The notes beneath the pieces were generated by a model. That model did no database searches. It had not been told where the DNA came from and saw nothing but the letters and a program-made list of their open reading frames with translations. Source: Octopus sinensis (taxonomy: Eukaryota). From it: 64,000 bases of DNA. Both the position numbers and the translations under genes were made by a program. Below, piece by piece: positions 1 through 12,578 of the stretch. Position 1 is the first letter of the stretch; every line of letters starts with the position of its first letter. The DNA is taken from NCBI RefSeq assembly GCF_006345805.1, contig NC_042999.1, forward strand, positions 156,736,001 to 156,800,000, given 5' to 3'.

Positions 1-180
1 AGATGCTCTGTATTTCTTTCAATTACTTTAGATGTAACAAAGAATTTAGTAAAATAAGCTAGTGTTAGAAACATAAATTGTCACTAAGGTTTGGTGGGAG
101 ATTTTAATTCAAGACTTAAGAAAACAAGACATTTGTACTCAGAACCAGAGCCGGTTTCAGCCGGGTTGGTAATGAAAGGG
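1..180. mobile_element. piggyBac-type MITE, partial (cut by window edge)
   Basis: Ends GTAATGAAAGGG followed by TTAA (181-184); reverse complement of the copies at 8038 and 34359. Confidence 0.75.
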
Positions 181-914
181 TTAATGGTAACATTGCAAGC
201 TAGACTCCTTCAACAGTTTTTATACTATACTCTATCTATAAGGACATAAAATTCTGGATAACAAATTTTGGGCCTTGTGATTTCTTATGCTTTCACATAT
301 ATTGTTACCAAAATTGCATCAAAAACTTTGTGCTGTCCCTGTAAAACCAGAGTATGCTTTCACCCAAATCAGATGATGACTATTTTCAGGACTCAACATT
401 GAAGTATTGCTCACATATGTGCAGTGGTGTTGCAACACACATAAGCAGTCTAAACTGTCTCCCAAAAAGGCATTGGATGATTGGAAAAGATTCCCTCACA
501 TAAATTCTCTCTGCATCAGCAACCACTAAACTAAAAGGTTGCATATCCACTCCACTCAAAACCACTCAGCATCCTGTCTTTTTCCATGTCTCATCCCTAT
601 TTTGTCTCATCCCTTATTTCTACACTAAACACAGCATAATCATTTTTTCTTAAAGCTACAGTTCCTTTGAATTCCTTTGGACCATTTTAAAGCAAAATTT
701 CAAACTAAATGTCAACTGATTCAATTCCATAAGTATTGAAAAGCCTGCAAGAATTACAAGCACAGCTCTTCTGATTCTTACTGTATAAAACTAGATAAAC
801 TGAGATTTTATGAAAAGCTTCAAATACAATACTGTGCAGAACAAATTATTTTTACTTCAGTTGAAGCATTAGATAGTCTAATTTTACATTTTTTTTTCAT
901 TCATTTCTCCAATC

Positions 915-1150
915 TATCATCATCATCATCATTGTTCGACCGTGGTCGAGACAATGGAATTTACCATGCTATGCCAGACTTCACGGTCTATCACAGCATT
1001 ACGGAGGTCCTGTTGCAGGATGCCTGTATCCCTGGAGATTACATCAGGGTAGGAGAGTGTGCACCCTCTGGTATTGCGAGTAGATGGCTTTCTAGAGGCA
1101 ATTTCTACTCTTCTCCTCTGGAAGCCATCTACTCTCCAATCTAACCTTGA
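915..1150 (-). mobile_element. Non-LTR retrotransposon 3' end (RTE-like) with (GAT)n tail
   Basis: Minus strand reads ...ISRDTGILQQDLRNAVIDREVWHSMVNSIVSTTVEQ*, followed by a (GAT)n tail; resembles RTE ORF C-termini. Confidence 0.55.
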
Positions 1151-1516
1151 ACTGACAATAGTTCAGTGATAGAATTTTATGAAATCACAGGAAAAAATGG
1201 ATAATGCATTTTTTCAAATGATTCAATTTCCTAGATCTGGTGACACAGGACACATTAAAATCATTTTCCAATTCATCATTTTGATTTAATGTCACCAAAA
1301 CCTTAGCCCATATCTTAGATGAGAACCTATTACCTAAGTTGCCTTCTTCTGAGCTCTAATCATCTTTCATATTTTTTAAGCAAACACTCCTTGTCAAACT
1401 ACTCAAATGTAGCTGCTATCAATTATATGAATGATGAAAAAAATGGATGAAAAATTTTGTAGATCAAATTTTAAAACAGGGACTAAAAACTGCTTGTATG
1501 CGACACTGAAAATATT

Positions 1517-1597
1517 TCAGACTAAAAATCTAAATATGCTGATGCATGGGTACAGCCTATCTTTCAAAATATTGCTCATTGGCAGAAACAGTTTCTT
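1517..1597 (-). CDS. Putative terminal coding exon of unidentified minus-strand gene (KKLFLPMSNILKDRLYPCISIFRFLV*)
   Basis: Strong acceptor TTTTCTTTTTTCAG; phase 0 matches the end of exon 2026-1918; TGA at 1519-1517. Confidence 0.45.
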   Translation of the reverse strand, partial: KKLFLPMSNILKDRLYPCISIFRFLV

Positions 1598-1917
1598 CTG
1601 AAAAAAGAAAATAATGAATATTAGAAATGCTCTTTAGAAACAAAACTGAAGGAAACGGTAATAAAAAGTATTCTTAAAGCAGTGATGCCCCAGCATGGCT
1701 GCGGCCTTCGGGCTAAAACATTTTTAAGGATTTAAGGATTTAACTGAAAATACAATAATTAATACACACTGTATCTAATTGTATTATATGGAAATACATG
1801 TATTAATTAGTATCTATAACAACAACAATTAGTATTTAGTGTTTCACTGGGTTTTTTAGTATGTTATATAGCTCAATTAGTACTAATGTATTTGTTTTTA
1901 AGTTGTTTTTTTCTCAC

Positions 1918-2026
1918 CTTACGTACAACATAGAGTTGTAAAATAAATTTTGAAAGCATTACAAATGACAGAACAACTTGTGCTATCCATAATCCGAAGG
2001 GGCGGTGTACCCAAGCAACAACATAC
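1918..2026 (-). CDS. Internal coding exon, hydrophobic or transmembrane segment (YVVAWVHRPFGLWIAQVVLSFVMLSKFILQLYVVRK)
   Basis: Acceptor TCATTTACACAG, donor AAG|GTGAG; 109 nt, phase 2 to 0, open frame. Confidence 0.65.
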
Positions 2027-3129
2027 CTGTGTAAATGATAATAATATAAACAAGTTTTCAGAGAAGTTAATTCCCTAATGTTCATGTAACCTGATTATAT
2101 CAAATTTTGATGAAACAGAATTAATTAAAAACAATTATGCTTGAAAAAATAATTAATAAAATATATCTGAATATTTGAATCTAATAATACTTCTGCCAAC
2201 TTGCATTAGGCATGATGACAGACATACCCTATAGCCCATCTATATGACATCGTTTCAAAGGTAATGCCACTAAGGGTCACTGCTCCTTACTCTTGGGGTT
2301 TACTTCTTCAACTTCCCTTCAACAGTATTTAGAAGCAACACAAAGAATATTAATTGGGATTTCCAAGTATAATCGCTTGAAGACGCTTGACAGACACCAG
2401 AATCAGTCAATAAAACTGACCTCAATACATGACTGGTACTTTATTTTATTGACCTGTTATTGTAGGCAGTGCTGTCAGAATGCCAAGAGCTGGAACAGAG
2501 ACTGCAAAGCATCCTATTTAACACTATTCTTGCCAATCCACTGCTCTGAAAGGATCAAAAGCAAATTTCACCATAGTAAGATATGGACTCAGGTGCAGAG
2601 AATCAGAACAAATGTTGGTTGAACAAATTTGCCTATTCAATACTTTTATTCTGTGCATGTGCTTATGTATATGTGCGTGTATTTGTAGTACTGAGATTAC
2701 TCACTGTTACCAATCAGAATTTCATGTCTACTGTTGAGTGTGTAACTAGTTTATGATTTATAAGATATGATATTTATAACAAAATATTTATGAGTGTTTA
2801 GTCACTGGGTATAGAATGGATCAAATGAAAAGTAATGGTATAGAAAATGATGTAATAGAAAAATATAATAACACACACACATACGTGTAAAGTGAGTGTT
2901 TTTGTGTGCAAAAAAATACTTGAAAAATTAACTAAATAAAAGACTAACTACAAGTCTGATATTTTGAATAATTTTATTTACAATCACTTCAAAGTTTCAC
3001 TAGTTATCAGCTTCATCAAAAGTGTGAATTGCCTAACTGAAAGTACTGTTCATATACATGGGTATATACATAGGTATTTTAAGTACAAAGTAATTGAAAT
3101 TAGATCAAGTAATGGAAACTATGAAAATT

Positions 3130-3580
3130 GTTTTTTAGTGTACCTGCACACCTGCCACAGGTAAAGACTACTTTCTTCGTTAGTCATCCAGGGATTCCAC
3201 TGCACTTCTTATGTGTCCATAGCTTGCACTGTGTACACCTTACAGAATTTCTTCTGACAACTTTTCTACATATTGTGCAGGGCCATCTTCCTGAAGGGAT
3301 CTATGATTTGTTTATTTTCCTATTTATCAATACTTTGATTTTGGCTAGATTCACTCTAAGGCCCTTTGATTCCAGATCTTGCTTCCATACCTGAAATTTC
3401 TTCTCTAGATCTGGTAGTGACTCGGCAATAAAAACAAGATCATCGGCATAGAGGAGCTCCCAAGGGCAGCTGATCTTAAATTACTCAATTATAGCTTGGA
3501 TGACCATGATAAATAAGAGGAGGCTAAGAACTGAACCCTGGCAGACTCCTGTTTGTACACTAAACTCCTTGCTATACTAA
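3130..3580 (-). mobile_element. RTE-clade LINE reverse transcriptase fragment
   Basis: GVCQGSVLSLLLF, CPWELLYADDLVFIAESLPDLEKKFQVWKQDLESKGLRVNL; degenerate. Confidence 0.85.
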
Positions 3581-3884
3581 ATTAATTTAGCATTAGAATT
3601 CTTCAAGTTGTATAAAAATAGTTATTGTCTGCATCATTCGAAAGAGAAATAAATTCTGCATAAGGTGTAAACGATAAAAATAATTTGTATTGTGCTAGTA
3701 ACAAAATATTTTGTAAGAAATAGATCTTTTATCATCGGTCTTAAATTTATTTTCACCAGTGTATGTACATACAGATATACATATACACACATATAAATGT
3801 ATATAGGAATATGCTGTCTTTGAGAAGCCTGCAAAATCCAACCACTAGATTTTTCTTGCTTTTCTTTACTTGCTTTGCACACAT

Positions 3885-3925
<41 letters not shown>

Positions 3926-5451
3926 TATATCAATGTTTTATGCTTCCCTTGCTGGCCAGGGGTATATGTATTTGAGGCATGTTGCTTTACCTAAATGGGT
4001 CAGATGATTCAATCTCAGTCGCATTTCATTTTAGACTTGGTATCTACATTTGAATGGCCTTCTTAATACCATCTACTTTACACAGTGCACTGGGTGTGGT
4101 TTTAATGACCCCCCCCCACCAGCACTAGAGAGGTAGCCATGTGGTCAATACGACTGAACTTCATGACCCTAATCACTTGCCATCTTTTTTATAGAGTGAG
4201 ACGTATGAATGATAGAGGCATATATCATACTGATGAGAGTGACATGTGATAAAGGGAAGTATTATCAGACTTCATAGTGATCTTAGAAAGGAAAGTATAT
4301 TCATGGCAATATAACTAAGATGACAAGGAGAAAGAGAAATCTATGTAACCTAAGACATTGACAGTGCCATGTGATGATGACAGACAGAAGAGGAGTTGGG
4401 GTGAAGGTAGAATGAACTGGGTACATGTGGCCCAATGAAGCCACCTTCATGTAGGCTACAAGAAGGGCTGGAGGAGTCAAGGTAAGCAACTGGTGGTGTG
4501 ACAAATGAAAAACAGGTAAGTTCTGTACCTAAATGCAGTACAAGAAGTGAGGGGAGAGAGTCAGAATAGGTGCAGTGGCATCCTTTGTTACTCTGACTGG
4601 ATGTAATGAACAATGAATAGAAGGGATCCTCTGCCATCCTCAGCCACATTGAGAGTTAAAGTGAGAAATGAGCAATAAGTGTGAGTAAGAATGAGTGAAA
4701 AAAAAATGCAATATATAGTGAACAGAAGAGAAGCAATGAAAGCATGGACAAGGGAGAGCAATGTATGAGGAACAGAACAGCAATGTATTGCCATCCTTAG
4801 TCATACCAACAACAGTGTAACTGATAAGAAAAAGGAGAGAATGGAAATGAGTAATAGGAACACGAGTGTAAGAAGGAGAGATACAGGCATGAGCAAAAGG
4901 TAAATGAATGACAGTGGTATGGGTAATAGACAGATGAGTAATAGGGACATGAGACAGAAGGAACAATAAACAGAGTGACAAGTGATATGGGTGTTAGATG
5001 GGTAAGAGGGATATCAAAGAAGTCGATAATGTAGGCTAGATAGTAGGCAGACAAGCATGTACATGTGCACTAGAGTGGCCCTTAACAATAGGTAATTTTT
5101 CAAAAGTTACAACTTCATTTTCCACATGCTATGCTTGAATATTTAGATAATACAAGCAAGATGCACAAAACTTTCGGCAGAAGAACACTAGTATGGTATT
5201 TACATGTAGGTTGAAAGCCAAGCATTTTTACAATAGATGCAGCAAGTATTTTTGTCTCTAGAGCCAGGTATTTTTGATATTAATACAACAAAGTGCTAAC
5301 ACCATATATCTAGTTCTTTTGTGTCTTTAGAAGAGTCTACTCAGTTGCAAGCATTCAAGCAAGATCTCTGGTTTGAATATAATTTTCATTCTTCCTTCCA
5401 CTGGTTACGGAGGCTCTAAGAGGGTAATAAGTATTGGCTATTCTCTTCTGT

Positions 5452-5755
5452 GGAGGCACATGGCCTAGTGGTTAGAGCAGCGAACTCACGGTCGAGGGAT
5501 CGCGGGTTCGAATCTCAGACCGGACGATGTGTGTGTTTATGAGCGAAAACACCTAAGCTCCACGAGGCTTCGGCAGAAGGTAATGGCGAAACTTCTGCTG
5601 ATTCGTTCGCCACAACTTTCTCTCACTCTTTCCTCCTGCATTTTGCAGCTCACCTGCGATGGACCGGTGTCCCATCCAGGAGGGGAACCTATACACCAAG
5701 AAACCGGGAAACCAGCCCTTATGAGCCAGGTATGGCTCGAGAAGGAACAAACAAC
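5452..5755 (+). mobile_element. tRNA-derived SINE, family C subtype 1
   Basis: A box TGGCCTAGTGG, B box GGTTCGAATC; 13-bp TSD CTATTC(T/G)CTTCTG at 5438-5450 and 5755-5767. Confidence 0.85.
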
Positions 5756-6254
5756 TATTCGCTTCTGATTAAACCATTCAAAAGACTGTTAACCCTTCAA
5801 GATCTTTAATTAACCAATCAACTCAGCCACCCAGATAACTCTCATTGTTAATTATTAAGTCCCAGAAATTGCAATTTCATGGTTTGTGTAACCTAAGTTA
5901 AAAACTGACAAGAATATCTAATGACAAACAATGCAACTACTATAACAAAATATGCTAAGTTTAGAAATTTATGTTATAAAGGAAAATATATTAAAGCATT
6001 GAAAATTGGATATGATCTAATACTCAATAACTCATTCATGGACAAAATTAATTGCATGTACTATTGTATTTATTATAAAACTACTGTAATTAAAACAAGC
6101 TATGCTTTAAAGTGGCTCAGTAAAATTTCCAAAACAAACTATTTAAAAACAAATTCTTGTTCAAATAAGGCAAATAGTTTATGGAGTGAAATATTGTGAG
6201 AGTTGATTTAAAAATGGATATCTGCAATAATAGTTAAAGTAAAGCATATCTTAC

Positions 6255-6323
6255 CAGTTGATTGGTTTGGGGCGTGAAAGTTCTGAATGATTGCTTTCTT
6301 CTGTGGCACAAGGATAGCCATAG
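6255..6323 (-). CDS. Internal coding exon (YGYPCATEESNHSELSRPKPINW)
   Basis: Acceptor CTGTTTTGTTTCATAG, donor CTG|GTAAG; 69 nt, phase 2/2, joins both neighbouring exons in frame. Confidence 0.6.
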
Positions 6324-6715
6324 CTATGAAACAAAACAGTTTTGATTAGTTTTTAATTTCAATTTGCTTAGTTTTTAGTTTCATTTCAAAAATGATCAGT
6401 AATGAAATATAATTGGTATGTCGTTTACATCAGTGATAGTATATAATTAAGCCTAATTATCTGTCACACTGAAACACAACAAAATAATGATGTCTAACAT
6501 TGGCACAAACCTACAAGTTTACAGGAAGGGAATGGTAAATTAAATTAAATATGTTCATCAGAAATTAAATGAATTAAGAAATTTGACATGTACAAATATT
6601 TATTTCCCCCCACTGTATACAAAATATATATGTATATATATATATATAATATATTAATAAATAAAATAAAACATATGCGTATATATAAACATAGATGTAC
6701 GTATATATATAAACA

Positions 6716-6765
<50 letters not shown>

Positions 6766-6848
6766 GATAAAACATATATCAAAAAAGAGGCACATGCTAA
6801 AGAATAGAGCAGTAATTGTTACAACAAAAATTTTTTTATATCTTGGAC

Positions 6849-6913
6849 ATAGAGTAACCCAAGATTTCATATCCAGAAAGCCAAAGCTTTGTGGACAGTT
6901 CATCAGATTCTAT
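6849..6913 (-). ncRNA. Degenerate type-I hammerhead ribozyme in a Penelope 3' pseudo-LTR
   Basis: ATAGAAT-CTGATGA-stem II (TGTCCA/TGGATA plus AAAGC/GCTTT)-GAAA-TCTTGGGT-T-ACTCTAT; lies just downstream of the GIY-YIG C-terminus. Confidence 0.55.
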
Positions 6914-6984
6914 ATAAAGACACAAATTTTAATTTTCTATGTTGCAGACATGAGGAAAAGCTCAGAAATTGAGAAATAAAGTCT

Positions 6985-7215
6985 TCACATAAATGTAAAT
7001 GAGGGCAGGTTGTCTACCCTGAACCAGAGGATAAAACATCCCTTATAAACCCGAAAAGGCTTAACGAGCAAATGAAGAGATTCAATTTTCCAGTAAGTAG
7101 CCCTTGAAGTGGACACATTTAGAAAATACTTGTTTCCGACAGATTTCATATAGTCCTTAAGAATTTTGGCTTTCTCCATGATGCATATTTTGCAATGGCC
7201 ACTTACATTAATATA
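6985..7215 (-). mobile_element. Penelope-like element, GIY-YIG C-terminal end
   Basis: CKICIMEKAKILK...FLN matches the PLE C-x2-C-x2-EK...LN pattern; collinear with the PLE RT at 7660-8500. Confidence 0.55.
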
Positions 7216-7239
7216 TGGACATAAAATAATATATGCACA

Positions 7240-7658
7240 TAAAAAGCACCATCCGAACGTGGCCGTAGCCAGTGCCAACTTGACTGGCTTCTGTGCCGGT
7301 GGCACATAAAAAGCACCATCCGAATGTGGCCGATGCCAGCGCTGCCCCGACTGGCTTCTGTGCCGGTGGCACATAAAAAGCACCATCCGAACGTTGCCAG
7401 CGCCGCCTTGGGTGGTTTCCGTGCCGCTGGCATGTTAAAAGCTCCAACCGATTGTGGCCGATGCCAGACCCCCCCCCCTGGCACCTGTGTAGGTGGCACG
7501 AAAAAAGCACCCACTACACTCGCGGAGTGGTTGGCATTAGGAAGGGCATCCAGCCATAGAAACTCTGCCAGATCAGACTGGAGCCTGGAGCAGCCCCCGG
7601 CTTCCCAGACCCCGGTTGAACCGTCCAACCCGTGCTAGCACGGAAAACGGACATTAAA
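7240..7658 (+). mobile_element. Family B retroposon (modular 5' units plus conserved 3' end)
   Basis: Tandem ~63-bp GTGCCGGTGGCACATAAAAAGCACC units, then GGAAGGGCATCCAGC...CCGTGCTAGCACGG. Confidence 0.8.
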
Positions 7659-7659
7659 A

Positions 7660-8500
7660 AGGAACCCTCAGGGTCAGATTTCTTGACCTATGTTGAACCT
7701 TTGCTGAATAGCACTGTCTTCCTGGCATGCAAGATAACTCCAACATCACTATCACTAATATCTGTGAAGTGCCTTCAACAATAACTCTTTAGAAATTGAT
7801 GGATAAAAGTTAACAATGTTGAATTGTGTAAATCTAGCTCTGCCTCTGTCTCGGTTAGCAATAAACCATGAAGTTACCTCATTGGTGCTGCACCATAGCA
7901 GGAGGCTCATGTGCCTTCTTATGCCATCATTAATCTTCTTCAGTATATACTTACTCGCCTGGCCAATCTTGGACTTGGCCTGCTTGATCGGGCAGCATTT
8001 GGGGGTTAGAGGCAAAATTCAGCTTGTGGTCTTTTAACCCTTTCGTTACCAACCCAGCTCTGGCTCTGAGTAAAAATGTCTTGTTTTCATAAGTTTTGAA
8101 TACAAATCTTTTACCAAACCTTAATCACAATTTATGTTCCTAACACTTGTTTAATGATAACTAAGTTATTTTACTAAACTCTTTGTTATATTTAAAGTAA
8201 TTGAAAGAAACACAGAGCATCTCAACAGAAATACAGTAATGAAAGGGTTAAAGTAATAAAGGCATTTCTCTCGGCCAAGATCTCTACACAGTCTACTATA
8301 CCTAGGCTAACTGCTATCTGTTTAGCATCACAGTTAATGTTATTAGAAGTGGGTGGGGAAGTGCATCTGTATTTTTGTGTAATTGAATCATTTAAAAGCC
8401 TATTGTAAGTGTGTGTATCTATCATGTATAAGTTCTTAGTCTTATCTGAGTAGATTAAGGACCTATTAGAGTTTCTTATTTGTTTTGTATATTTTCATGG
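7660..8500 (-). mobile_element. Penelope-like element RT fragment, interrupted by a MITE
   Basis: SDKTKNLY...NAFITL|KDHK...AKSKIGQASKYIL...FTQFNIVNFYPSISKELLLKAL...ILHARKTVLF. Confidence 0.85.
8038..8247. mobile_element. piggyBac-type MITE
   Basis: TIR CCCTTTCGTTAC/GTAATGAAAGGG; TTAA TSD at 8034-8037 and 8248-8251. Confidence 0.85.
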
Positions 8501-8598
8501 AGTTTATTTTGAAAAGGGGAAAAGGACTTATGGAATTTCAGCCTGGGTAGGTCCTAACATATGGTAAAACAGAGGGTTAACATTTGATATAATAAACA

Positions 8599-9020
8599 GC
8601 ATAGTCATGGCTATGTGATAAGAAGCTTGCTTCTCTACGACATGTTCTGGGTTCAATCCCACTGCATGGCACCTTGGGTATCTTTTATGATAGCCTCGGG
8701 CCAACCAAAGCCTTGTGAGTGGATTTGGTAGATGGAAACTGTAAGAAGCCTATGGCATATGTGTGTGTGCGTGTGTGTGTGTGTGTGTATGTGTGTGTGT
8801 GTGAGTGTGTGTGTGTTTGTCCTCCTGCCATCGTTTGACAACTGATGCTGGTGTATTTATGGCCCCATAACTTAGCAGTTCAGCAAAAGGGACTGATAGA
8901 ATAAGTACTAGGGTTACAAAGAATAAGTTCTAGAGTCAATTTCTTCAACTAAAACCCTTTAAGTGTGTGCTCCAGCATGGCCGCAGTCAAATGACTGAAA
9001 CAAGTAAAAGAATAAAAGAA
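8599..9020 (+). mobile_element. tRNA-derived SINE family A (diverged)
   Basis: Pol III-like head, ACCTTGGG core-like segment, internal (GT)n, tail GCTCCAGCATGGCCGCAGTC...AAGTAAAAGAATAAAAG. Confidence 0.8.
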
Positions 9021-9054
9021 TATCTATCCATTTTACTCATATTATGAATTCTGG

Positions 9055-9221
9055 GCATCCTGGCATTAGGAAGGGATTGGCGTTAGTAAGGGATTGGCAT
9101 TAGGAAGGACATCCAGCTGTAGAAACACTGCCAGATCTGACTGGCCTGGTGCAGCCTTCGGGCTTCCCAGATCCCAGTTGAACCATCCAACCCATGCTAG
9201 CATGGAAAGCGGATGTTAAAC

Positions 9222-9262
<41 letters not shown>
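9055..9262 (+). mobile_element. Family B 3' fragment with (GAT)n tail
   Basis: Conserved 3' end, CCATGCTAGCATGG palindrome, about 13 GAT units. Confidence 0.8.
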
Positions 9263-9263
<1 letters not shown>

Positions 9264-9650
9264 AATGCTGGCACTACATCAAGTACATTTGACATAATGC
9301 AAACATTATATTTTATTTTAATGTAATAATTGTATAACGTATTTTATAATTTGTACCTTACGACATATGTATATATTCTAGAAGTCAAAAATTATCTGCA
9401 CTTTCACCAAAACTTTTTTGAGCTGTCCACACTGTTTTCAGTGTCCACATGTTAAATTCTGGTATTCCTATGGTTATGTAACAGAAGTCTGACCTTGATC
9501 ACTTGAGTTTTTTTTCTTGTGTTTGAGAGTAAACATTGTCACTCTGCTGGCTGTGTGCCCCAAGAAAGAACAGAAACCATTGAGATGATTTCTCTGGTCT
9601 AAAGGTGTGTCACAAGCTGAAAAGCATTGCCATACACATTTCTACATGGT

Positions 9651-10040
9651 GGAGGCGCAATGGCCCAGTGGTTAGGGCAGCGAACTCGCAGTCGTAGGAT
9701 CATGGTTTCGATGCCCAGACCGGGCGTTGTGAGTGTTTATTGAGCGAAAACACCTAAAGCTCCACGAGGCTCCAGCAGGGGATGGTGGTGATCCCTGCTG
9801 TACTCTTTCGCCACAACTTTCTCTCACTCTTACTTCCTGTTTCTGTTGTACCTGTATTTCAAAGGGCCGGCCTTGTCACTCTCTGTGTCACGCTGAATAT
9901 CCCCGAGAGCTACGTTAAGGGTGCATGTGTCTGTGGAGTGCTCAGCCACTTACACGTTAATTTCACGAGCAGGCTGTTCCGTTTATTCGGATCAACCGGA
10001 ACCCTCGTCATCGTAACTGACGGAGTGCTTCCATATCCCA
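9651..10040 (+). mobile_element. SINE family C subtype 2, inserted in the mariner
   Basis: Head shared with the 5452 copy; exact 10-bp TSD TCTACATGGT at 9641-9650 and 10041-10050. Confidence 0.85.
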
Positions 10041-10218
10041 TCTACATGGTACAACATTCCACCATGTAGAAGTGTGTATGAATGGATCAAGGAGTTTAAA
10101 AAATGACTGAACGAATGTGAAGCATAAAGAGGAAGCAGGACATCCATCAATCTCCATCACAGGAATAAAAATTCAACAAGCTCAAGAGATGGTTCTGGCA
10201 AACTGATGAGTGACTATC

Positions 10219-10364
10219 TGTTTCTTTATTACCCACAAGGGGCTAAACATAGAGGGGACAAACAAGGACAGACAAACGGATTAAGTCGATTACATCGACC
10301 CCTGTGCGTAACTGGTACTTAATTTATTGACCCTGAAAGGATGAAAGGCAAAGTCGACCTCGGC
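10219..10364 (-). mobile_element. 5'-truncated SINE family D inside the mariner ORF
   Basis: Reverse complement of the 3' part of the 14676-14906 copy. Confidence 0.8.
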
Positions 10365-11235
10365 ATCAATGAGATGGCGTGTTCTCTACAAATTAGTCAT
10401 GCTTCTGCATATGAAATCATTGACAACAAGCTTTGCTTCCATAAAGTCCAGGCAAGCATAGGTACCTAAAGAGCTCACCAAAGTACATAAGTGCAATTGT
10501 GTGAGGATCTGTCAATGCTTACTTGATAGCTACAAGGATGAAGGCAAAGCCATTTTGGAGAGAACAGTCACAGGGGATGAGACCTTGGTCCATCACTTTG
10601 AGCCAGAGTTCAAATGGCAGAATATGGGGTGGAAACACCTAAAATTGGCAGCAAAAAAAGAAATTCAAGACTCAACAATCCACTGAAAAAGTGTTGCTAA
10701 CCATTTGGGGATTGCAGAAGTGCCTATATTGGAACATTGCCTGGAAAAGGGGTCTACAGTCACAAGGGTAGGTAGCAGTGAAATGCTGGTCACAAACTGA
10801 AACCAGTAATTTGTACCAAACACCAAGGTCTGTTGTCAAATCAAGTGTTATTGTTGCATGACAATGCACGCCTACATACAGCAGTCTACACTGGCGAAAC
10901 CAATGAAAAATTGGGTTTCAGGTTACTGGAACATCCTGCATACAGTCCAGATCTTGTATCTTCTGACTATCACCTCTATGGTCTGATTAAACATCCTTTA
11001 CAAGGTCATTGACTTGCTACAGATGAAGAAGTGTGAGAAGTGGTGCATAAATGGCTGTGTGACAAGCTGCAAACATTCTTCTCCAATGACATAAGCAAGT
11101 GGACCACAGGAAGAAGTGCAATGAAAAGCAAGGAGACTACGTCAAAAAAGGATGTACTGATCAAACCCTGTCTTTTGTTTCAATAAATTACAGAAACAAG
11201 TGCATGTATAATTTTTTACTTACTCTTGTGTATAT

Positions 11236-11500
11236 ATATCATCATCGTTTAACATCCGCTTTCCATGCTAGCATGGGTTGGACGGTTGACCGGGATCTGG
11301 GAAGCCAGAAGGCTGCACCAGGCTCCAGTCTGATCTGGCAGTGTTTCTACAGCTGGATGCCCTTCCTAACGCCAACCACTCCATGAGTGTAGTGGGTGCT
11401 TTTTGCGTGCCATCGGCACGGAAGCCAGTCGAAGCGGCACTGGCATCAGCCACGTTCGCATGGTGCTTTTTATGTGCCACCGGCACAGGGATCACAACAA
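11236..11500 (-). mobile_element. Family B retroposon
   Basis: (CAT)n then the reverse complement of the conserved 3' end and one to two modules. Confidence 0.85.
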
Positions 11501-11527
11501 CAATTTCAATTGATTTATCTATCTATC

Positions 11528-11574
<47 letters not shown>

Positions 11575-11580
<6 letters not shown>

Positions 11581-11766
11581 CGGTGGCACATAAAATCACC
11601 CACTACACTCTCGGAGTGGTTGGCGTTAGGAAGGGCATCCAGCTGTAGAAACACTGCCAGATCTGACTGGACTGGTGCAGCTTTCGGGCTCCCCAGACCC
11701 CAGTTGAACCGTCCAACCCATGCTAGCATGGAAAGCGGACGTTAATTGATGATGATGATGATGATG
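11575..11766 (+). mobile_element. Family B retroposon
   Basis: Conserved 3' end plus (GAT)n; inverted relative to 11236-11500. Confidence 0.85.
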
Positions 11767-12339
11767 ATATATATATATATATATATATGTAAGAAAGAAA
11801 GAGATACACATATACACATATGCATATTCTCTCTGGTAGGGATGAATTCATGTTGCAAGATTCCTGGTTTGAAACCATATGTTGAAACAGATATTCTTAT
11901 ATTTCAGGGTCGTCATTTTTTTTTTTTTGTACAAAAGAAACACATGCATTATATACTCGTTCTTCACTTGTTTATTACTGTTCTTATTCTAACTCATGTC
12001 CATTGTCTGAAAATGGATTTCAGATAAAATAAGACAGGAATAAACAAGTGAAAAACGAGTATATAGTGCGAGTGTATATTTGGAAAAAGAAAAAAATGTC
12101 CATCTCAAAGTACAACAATACACACACACACACACAAACTGGACAACTGGTTGTTGAGATATTAGGGGTTTTCTGGGTATAAATACCCAAAACGATGCAT
12201 AATGGGAAAATACTCCAAAAATAACTTAACCCTGAAAGGGAAGAAACTCTAACCTTTCGATTAGACATGGTAACTTGACAATGAAAAAATGAGTTGTTTA
12301 TACAGTAAATATTTCTATTTTCGTTCTTTAAAAAGGAGC

Positions 12340-12539
12340 ACTGCATCCTTCAAAACTTCCATGCTTCCTGAGATTCGCCAACACTACACTTAATTTTCTC
12401 CCCTCCATACACACGCAAGCATGTATCTGACTCATATACTGTTCACTTCCCAGACATTTGTACATTACTGCATATACTTTATACGCACTTTTGACAAGCT
12501 GTGGTGTACCTGAGCACTGTATACAATAATTTCATTATA

Positions 12540-12578
<39 letters not shown>

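Larger units (their letters stand above)
9376..11232 (+). mobile_element. Degenerate mariner (DD34D) transposon carrying two SINE insertions
   Basis: FLWSKGVS, VYEWIK, VTGDETLVHHFEPE, LLHDNARL, HPAYSPDL motifs; imperfect TIRs ~9376-9403 and ~11198-11232. Confidence 0.85.

Noticed and set aside
5452-5525. tRNA-like sequences at SINE C and A heads
   Set aside because: A and B boxes are present but there is no intact cloverleaf, and they continue into SINE bodies with TSDs; not tRNA genes.
11940-12008. Minus-strand acceptor followed by a short frame, AATAAA and a genomic A-run
   Set aside because: All frames stop within about seven codons; an alternative last exon cannot be supported without transcripts.
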